Assembly (NCBI GenBank): GCA_963785725.1
Contig: CAWAWS010000007.1
Location: 704,001 to 768,000 of the forward strand
From: an uncultured delta proteobacterium
GTDB lineage: Bacteria; Myxococcota_A; Polyangia; Palsa-1104
DNA length: 64,000 bases
Direction of reading: 5' to 3'
The position numbers and the translations under genes were made by a program. Under the pieces are notes generated by a model. That model was not told the DNA's origin, made no database searches, and saw only the letters and a list, made by a program, of their open reading frames with translations. Shown here one piece after another: positions 58,226 through 64,000 of the stretch. Numbering within the stretch: the first letter of the stretch is position 1; each line of letters begins with the position of its first letter.

Positions 58226-58650
58226 TGCGGCGAGTGGGGTTGGCAGGTGTGGCGTTGGCCGTCGGCTGCTTTGGCGGCATGGCGTTTCGCGAGGTCGTCT
58301 TCCCGGCGCGCGCGGCGAGCGGCCCGACGTTCGGCTACAAAGTCGTCACCGCCGCCGATCTCGTCGAGACGGTGCGCAAGCGGAATCCGGCGTTCGCCGA
58401 CGCCGACAAGCGCACCGCGCTCGAGGAGGGGTTGGCCGGATTCGGGCGCGCCGGTTGGCGTTACGCCGGCTGCTTGCAGAACGGCGCGTTCGGCGGCATG
58501 TACGGCATTCCCGGCGGCTTCATGTGCGATCAGCTCATCTTCGAGCAGGGCGCCGCCGCGGGATCGCCGCCGATCGTGTCGAGCGCGGCGACGTCGGTGG
58601 CGCCGACCGCGATCGAGCCGCCGACGCCGAATCCGGCGATGCATCATTGA
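58225..58650 (+). CDS. Small exported DUF4177-like protein
   Basis: GTG overlaps the guaB stop; hydrophobic N-terminus; YKVV...LEEGLAGFGRAGWRY pattern. Confidence 0.55.
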
Positions 58651-58660
58651 TGGGCGCGGG

Positions 58661-59452
58661 ATGAGCCTGCCCGACTATCGCGTCTCGGCGGCCGCGACGA
58701 ACGAGGCCATGGCCGTCGCGGCGCGAGTGCGCGCCTGGCAGGCGCAGCGCGGCGTCGAGGGCACGGAGCTGGCGCGGCTGCACGCGTGGATGCGTCACGC
58801 GGTCGTCTATCACTCGAACGCGCTCGATGTGTTCGGCGAAGACGCGCTGACCGAAGTCGAGACCAAGACCGTGCTCGTCGACGGACGCACGGTGCCGAAG
58901 TCGCTGCGCCAGCATTTGTGGGCCGTGAACATGTCGGTGGCCTGCGATCGCGTCGAGAGTTGGGGACAGGACGCGGCGCCGATCGACGAAGCGCAGCTGC
59001 TCGCGCTCAACGGCATTCTCTTGCGCGGCATCGACGAGGCGGGCGCGGGCAGCTATCGCACCGTCGCCGTCTACTTGACCGACGCCGCGTTCGAGCCGCC
59101 GCCGGCCGAGGAAGTGCCGCGGCAGATGCGCGCCTTCGCCGCTTGGCTGCGCGAGCCGCACACGACGGCGAGCGACAACGCGCTCGTGCAGGCGGCGCGG
59201 CTGCACGCCTGGTTCGAGACGATTCACCCGTTCGTCGACGGCAACGGGCGCGCCGGCCGGCTGCTGGTCGACTTGTGGCTGCTCAAGCACGGCCTCTTGC
59301 GGGCGCTCGTGCGCGCCGAGTCGCGCGGGCGTTATCGCGAGGCGCTGCGCGCGGCGCAGGCGACGGGCGAGCTGTCGCTGCTGGTGCAGCTGTTCACCGA
59401 GAGCGTAGGCATGATGCTGGCCGAGCACGAACGCGCCAGCCAACCGAGGTAA
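58661..59452 (+). CDS. Fic domain protein (class II-like)
   Basis: [12 protein letters not shown] canonical motif; GSYRTVAV; N-terminal YHSNALDV at the inhibitory-helix position. Confidence 0.92.
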   Translation: MSLPDYRVSAAATNEAMAVAARVRAWQAQRGVEGTELARLHAWMRHAVVYHSNALDVFGEDALTEVETKTVLVDGRTVPKSLRQHLWAVNMSVACDRVESWGQDAAPIDEAQLLALNGILLRGIDEAGAGSYRTVAVYLTDAAFEPPPAEEVPRQMRAFAAWLREPHTTASDNALVQAARLHAWFETIHPFVDGNGRAGRLLVDLWLLKHGLLRALVRAESRGRYREALRAAQATGELSLLVQLFTESVGMMLAEHERASQPR

Positions 59453-59462
59453 AACAACGTCC

Positions 59463-61022
59463 ATGAGCAGTCGTGAGCTGGTCCTCATCCTCGATTTCGG
59501 TTCGCAATACACGCAGCTGATCGCGCGCCGCATTCGCGAGCTGAAGGTCTATTGCGAGATCCATCCCTTCGACATTTCGATCGAGAAGATCCGCATGATG
59601 TCGCCGCGCGCCATCGTGCTGTCGGGCGGTCCGTCGTCGGTCTACGAAGCGGGCGCGCCGACGGTGCACAAGGCGCTGTTCGAGCTCGGCCTGCCGACGC
59701 TCGGCATCTGCTACGGCATCCAGCTCATGGCCAAGCTGCTCGGCGGCAACGTGCAGCCGGCCGACAAGCGCGAATATGGCCGCGCGCACGTGCGCATCAA
59801 CGAAAAGGGCGCCCGCTCGCCGCTCTTCCACGGCTTCGCGGCCGGCGAGGATCTGGCGGTGTGGATGTCGCATGGTGACCGGGTCGAGTCGCTGCCGCAC
59901 GGCTTTACGCTCATCGGCGAGAGCGACAACGCGCCCAACTGCGTGACCGCCGACGACGATCGGCGCATGTACGGCGTGCAGTTCCATCCCGAGGTCGCGC
60001 ACACGCCGCGTGGCGGCGAGATCTTGTCCAACTTCCTCTTTCGCGTCTGCCAGCTGTCGCCGACGTGGACGATGGCGTCGTTCGCCGAGGAAGCGGAGGT
60101 GCACATTCGGCAGCAGGTCGGGCCCAAAGGGCGCGTCATCCTCGGCCTGTCGGGCGGCGTCGACTCGTCGGTGGCGGCGAAGCTGCTGTTGAACGCGATC
60201 GGCGAGCGGTTGACCTGCATCTTCGTCGACAACGGCCTGTTGCGGCAGGGCGAGCGCGCGGGCGTCGAGGCGCTGTTCGCGGGCGCGTTCAAGGCCGATC
60301 TGCACGTCGTCGACGCCGAGGCGCGCTTCTTGTCGGCGCTGGCCGGCGTCACCGATCCCGAGCAGAAGCGCAAGATCATCGGGCGCGAGTTCATCGCCGT
60401 CTTCGACGAGGAGGCCAAGCGCATCGACGGCGTGGAGTTCTTGGCGCAAGGCACGCTCTATCCCGACGTCATCGAGAGCGTGTCGCACAAAGGGCCGTCG
60501 GCGACGATCAAGTCGCACCATAACGTCGGCGGTTTGCCGGCGCACATGAAGCTGAAGCTGGTCGAGCCGCTGCGCGAGCTGTTCAAGGACGAAGTGCGCG
60601 AGCTCGGCGCCGAGCTGGGCTTGCCGCGGCCGGTCTTGTGGCGCCAGCCGTTTCCCGGCCCGGGTCTGGCCGTGCGCATCCTCGGCGAAGTCACGAAGCT
60701 GCGCTGCGACCTGTTGCGCCGCGCCGACGCCATCATCGACGAGGAGATTCGCGCCGCCGGCTTGTACGACAGCATTTGGCAGTCGTTCGGCGTCTTGTTG
60801 CCGGTCAAGTCGGTGGGCGTGATGGGCGATCAGCGCACCTATGCCGACGCGTTGGCGTTGCGCGCCGTGCACTCCAAAGACGGCATGACCGCCGATTGGG
60901 TGCCGCTGCCGTACGAGCTGCTCGGGACGATCAGCCGCCGCATCATCAACGAGGTGCACGGCATCAATCGCGTCGTCTACGACATCACGTCGAAGCCGCC
61001 GGGAACGATCGAGTGGGAGTGA
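59463..61022 (+). CDS. guaA: GMP synthase (glutamine-hydrolysing)
   Basis: [55 protein letters not shown]. Confidence 0.98.
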   Translation: MSSRELVLILDFGSQYTQLIARRIRELKVYCEIHPFDISIEKIRMMSPRAIVLSGGPSSVYEAGAPTVHKALFELGLPTLGICYGIQLMAKLLGGNVQPADKREYGRAHVRINEKGARSPLFHGFAAGEDLAVWMSHGDRVESLPHGFTLIGESDNAPNCVTADDDRRMYGVQFHPEVAHTPRGGEILSNFLFRVCQLSPTWTMASFAEEAEVHIRQQVGPKGRVILGLSGGVDSSVAAKLLLNAIGERLTCIFVDNGLLRQGERAGVEALFAGAFKADLHVVDAEARFLSALAGVTDPEQKRKIIGREFIAVFDEEAKRIDGVEFLAQGTLYPDVIESVSHKGPSATIKSHHNVGGLPAHMKLKLVEPLRELFKDEVRELGAELGLPRPVLWRQPFPGPGLAVRILGEVTKLRCDLLRRADAIIDEEIRAAGLYDSIWQSFGVLLPVKSVGVMGDQRTYADALALRAVHSKDGMTADWVPLPYELLGTISRRIINEVHGINRVVYDITSKPPGTIEWE

Positions 61023-61396
61023 GCCTGCCGGCGCTGGTGTTCGTCGCGTTCGCGGTGCCGACGGCGGTGGCGCGCACGGGCGCGACCTACGACGCCGACG
61101 CGCACGTGTTGACGGCGAGCGGCGCGGCGGCGGCGGATCTGCGCGCGCCCACGGCGGCGATCGCGCGCGTCAAGGCCGAGCGGCAGGCGCGTACGCAGGC
61201 GGAGAAGAAGATCGTGGCCGCGCTCGTGGAGTTGGGCGACGCGGCCGACTTGGAAGGGCTGAACAAGCAGGTCGCGGACGCGAAAGTGGGCGACGAGCGC
61301 TATGGCTCCGACGGCTCGGTGCAGCTGACGCTGACGCTGGCGACGGATGAGCTGCCGTTGAAGCGGGCGAAGAAGCACAAGCAGCACGCGGAGTAG
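61019..61396 (+). CDS. Hypothetical protein (LPP20-like segment)
   Basis: GTGA overlap with gua[11 protein letters not shown]...[10 protein letters not shown]. Confidence 0.6.
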   Translation: MSLPALVFVAFAVPTAVARTGATYDADAHVLTASGAAAADLRAPTAAIARVKAERQARTQAEKKIVAALVELGDAADLEGLNKQVADAKVGDERYGSDGSVQLTLTLATDELPLKRAKKHKQHAE

Positions 61397-61453
61397 CGGC
61401 GGCGGCCGGCCGCGCGGGGCGGACGACGCTGGGAAAGCCGGGCGGCGGCTGAG

Positions 61454-61473
61454 AAGTAAACGGGTGTTTACTT
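61454..61473. promoter_or_regulatory. Perfect AT-rich palindrome, operator-like
   Basis: AAGTAAAC-GGGT-GTTTACTT. Confidence 0.5.
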
Positions 61474-61722
61474 AGGGCTGCGACGGCGTGGCGGGCTCGC
61501 GCGTCGCGCCCGGTGGGCGCGCGCGAGGCCGCTCCGTCGGGCCGGCCAGCGGTCGATCGCGCAACAGCGCGCGCGGTTTATCGCGGGCTCGGTCTCGCAG
61601 CGCCGACGTTCGCCCCCAGCTTCCGAAGCGAGCGGGACTGCGGCGGCGGTTGGCAGAAAAACGATCATGTCTGTCACTCCTGCCATCGCCGACGGGTGTC
61701 TATTCGGCGACAGGAGGTTCCC

Positions 61723-61872
61723 ATGAAACGATCGTGCGCTTGGCGCGTCGTCGCCGACGACCTCTTCATCATCCTCAAGCCCTTGTCGCGCGGCACGCAC
61801 ACGCTGACGACGCACATCGTGAACACCGACGGCGACGTCTTCGACCGCACGCGCACGATCACGTCCGACTGA
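61723..61872 (+). pseudogene. 49-aa ORF, possible internally deleted gene remnant
   Basis: Strong RBS AGGAGG; MKRS followed by VADDLFIILKPLSRGTHTL, a motif usually found at the end of longer secreted proteins. Confidence 0.4.
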
Positions 61873-62059
61873 GCGTTCGCGTCCGGGGCTGTCACTCGTG
61901 CGGGACGCGGCCAGCGGCAAACCGGCAAGCGGACCAAGCCGTCGCCGGCGCGGCGTCGTTCCGTGATCAAGGGGGACCCTATTGGCTGTTCCAGTAGGGC
62001 GGCACGGAACGTCGGTCAGGCCAGGCTCTGGCTCGGGAATTACGGCAGTGATTCCCGAG

Positions 62060-62407
62060 TCAGAGCGGGCAGGGCGAGGTTTTGCCGCAGCAGAGCGTGC
62101 CGCAGCCGCTGCCGTTGGGCAGGACGGGGCCGCCAGTCGCGCACGTGTTGCCGTCGGTGCAGGCGGCGGTCGTGCCGCAGCGACAGGTGGTGGTCTTGGC
62201 GTCGCAGAACTCGCCGGCGCCGCAGCAGACGCTGCCGCAGCAGGCGCCGCTCGTGCATTGGCTGCAGGTCGACTTGCAGACGAGGCCGCCCATGTCGTCG
62301 CTGCCGCTGCTGCCGCCGCCGCCGGCGGAACCGCCGTCGCCGCCGTGCGGCAACGTGCTCGCGCCACAGCCGCCCAAGAGCACCAAAAGTAGGATCCCCA
62401 AGCGCAC
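62060..62407 (-). CDS. Small Cys-rich lipoprotein
   Basis: Lipobox LGGC; Gly linker; dense Cys array (CKSTCSQC...CC...CC...CCGKTSPC). Confidence 0.8.
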   Translation of the reverse strand: MRLGILLLVLLGGCGASTLPHGGDGGSAGGGGSSGSDDMGGLVCKSTCSQCTSGACCGSVCCGAGEFCDAKTTTCRCGTTAACTDGNTCATGGPVLPNGSGCGTLCCGKTSPCPL

Positions 62408-62429
62408 GCTTCATTGTAACGTGCCGCGC

Positions 62430-64000
62430 ATGAATGTGCTCGCCCGCCTGACCGCCACGCCCGCCCGCCGCACGGCGCTGGCGCTGGCCGGCCTGATGGC
62501 GCTGGTCGTGTTGCCCTTCGCCGGTAGCTTCGGGCTGTGGGATCCGTGGGAGACCCATTACGGCGAAGTGGCGCGCCAAATGCTCGCCCGTAACGACTTC
62601 ATCAGCCTGTGGTGGCCGGGCTCGCCGATCGACCACGTGCCGCGCGGCGAATTTTGGTCCAAGCCGGTGCTGACGTTCTGGCTCGAAGCGATCTCCATGA
62701 AGCTCTATGGCTTCGAATGGGCCAACGCGCGCGCCGACGAGCTGGTGACGTCGTGGCGCGCCGAGTGGGCGATTCGCACGCCGGCCATGCTGCTCAGCTT
62801 TTGCACGATCGGCGCCGTGTTCGCGCTCCTCCAGCGCATCGCCGGACGACGCGCGGCGGCCATCGGCGGCGTGGCGCTGCTGACGTCGCCGCAGTGGCTG
62901 CTGATCACGCGCCAAGGCATGACCGACATGCCGTTCGCGTCGATGATGACCATCGCGCTCTGCCTCGCCGCGCTGGCGCTGCTGGCGCCCGACGAGACGC
63001 CGCTGCCGCGTCGCGGCGCCGGCACGCTGTCGTGGCCGCACGCGCCGGCGTTCTACGGCTTTTTGGCGCTGTTCGTCGTGGCTGCGCTGCCGCAGCTGCT
63101 CGTCGACTGCATTCAGCTGCGCGCCTTCGTGCCGCTCGGTCGCCGCCAAGTCGTGGTGCCCGGCATCGTGCCGATGGCGCCCTATGTCGCCGGCTTCGTC
63201 GTGGCGCTGTGGTGGTGTGCGCGCGCGACGACGAAGCGGCAGCTCTACCTCATGTCGGCCTGGATCTTGTGCGCGCTGGCGTCGCTGGCCAAAGGTCCGG
63301 CCGGCCTGGCGCTGCCGGCGATCATCCTCGGCCTGTACCTCGTCTGCGCCGGCCGCTGGCGCGACATCTTGCGTCTGGAAATCCTACGCGGCGCGCTGCT
63401 CTACATCGTCGTCGCCTTCCCGTGGTGGCACGCCAATCTCATCCGTCACGGCGCGCCCTTTTGGAACGAGCAGATCGGCGACAACTACATGAACCGCGCC
63501 ACCGGCCGCAACGGCGACCGCGGCATGTTCGACTACTACTGGCAATACCTGGGCTACGGCATCTTCCCGTGGACGGGACCGGCGCTGCTCGGCTCGCTGG
63601 CCGCGTTCTTCCGCCCGGCGACGGCGCGACAGGCGTTGGCGCGCTTCGCGCTCGTGTGGATGGCCGTCGACGTCGTCACCATCACGCTCGTCAACACCAA
63701 GTTCCACCACTACGTCCTGCCCGCGCTGCCGGCGGCGATCATCTTGGCCGCGCTGTTCCTCGACGACGTCTTGACCGCGCCGCGCCGCTGGCACGCGGCG
63801 GCGTTGGCGCTCGTCGCCGCGCCGCTGACCTTCGCCGCCGGCCGCGACCTGTCCGCGTTTCCGCCGCGCTTTCTGTTCATGTTCGACTACGACTACGTGC
63901 TCAACCCCGGCGTCGGGCGTCCGTGGCCGACGGGCGCGCAATACGGCGGGCGCTTCGAATACGGCACGCCGCTCATGCTCTTCGCCATCGCCGGCGGGCT
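62430..64000 (+). CDS. ArnT/PMT-family (GT-C) glycosyltransferase (runs off window end)
   Basis: Manual translation: GLWDPWETHYGEVARQM, FWSKPVLTFW, MTDMPF, LAKGPAG, TKFHHYVLPALP; many TM helices. Confidence 0.88.
   Translation, partial: MNVLARLTATPARRTALALAGLMALVVLPFAGSFGLWDPWETHYGEVARQMLARNDFISLWWPGSPIDHVPRGEFWSKPVLTFWLEAISMKLYGFEWANARADELVTSWRAEWAIRTPAMLLSFCTIGAVFALLQRIAGRRAAAIGGVALLTSPQWLLITRQGMTDMPFASMMTIALCLAALALLAPDETPLPRRGAGTLSWPHAPAFYGFLALFVVAALPQLLVDCIQLRAFVPLGRRQVVVPGIVPMAPYVAGFVVALWWCARATTKRQLYLMSAWILCALASLAKGPAGLALPAIILGLYLVCAGRWRDILRLEILRGALLYIVVAFPWWHANLIRHGAPFWNEQIGDNYMNRATGRNGDRGMFDYYWQYLGYGIFPWTGPALLGSLAAFFRPATARQALARFALVWMAVDVVTITLVNTKFHHYVLPALPAAIILAALFLDDVLTAPRRWHAAALALVAAPLTFAAGRDLSAFPPRFLFMFDYDYVLNPGVGRPWPTGAQYGGRFEYGTPLMLFAIAGG

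Noticed and set aside
61916..61945. GGCAAACC...AAGCC resemblance to a c-di-GMP-I riboswitch
   Set aside because: The GAAA stem, GACGCAAA and second stem are not properly present, and no same-strand gene follows directly.
61965..62030. TCAAGGG...GGCGGCAC and GTCAGG resemblance to 6S or SRP RNA
   Set aside because: The closing stem spans only about 55 nt (6S needs about 180) and the SRP GGAAG/AGCAG loop is missing.

Overview
High-GC (about 70% by eye) bacterial chromosomal segment, very probably Myxococcota. It has six Hanks-type Ser/Thr kinases, an FHA-sigma54 activator, a Myxococcales-type sigma-70-like gene, and many TPR proteins and lipoproteins. About 55 genes are present; I saw no rRNA, tRNA, CRISPR array, transposase or integrase. 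Housekeeping genes: aspS, lnt, cysC, cysH, mtnP, tsaE, glnD, guaB, guaA. Secreted glycan-active proteins: a fascin plus alginate-lyase-like protein, a GH18 chitinase, a CBM9-like protein and a propeller plus F5/8 protein. Best candidates for undescribed systems: (1) an operon of glpD, an alkyl-DHAP-synthase-type flavoprotein, GlcE-like and GlcF/GlpC-like subunits, a lipid kinase and lnt, suggesting redox-coupled ether-lipid metabolism; (2) a sigma54-type promoter driving a RimK-like ATP-grasp ligase overlapping two KGG-repeat proteins; (3) a Fic enzyme with a broken autoinhibitory motif between guaB and guaA; (4) a PspB/PspC-like membrane module fused to a kinase; (5) several structured non-coding regions. 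Seven apparent single-base insertions break four genes, including essential aspS, and are most likely sequencing errors. All calls come from reading motifs by eye; no database searches were run.
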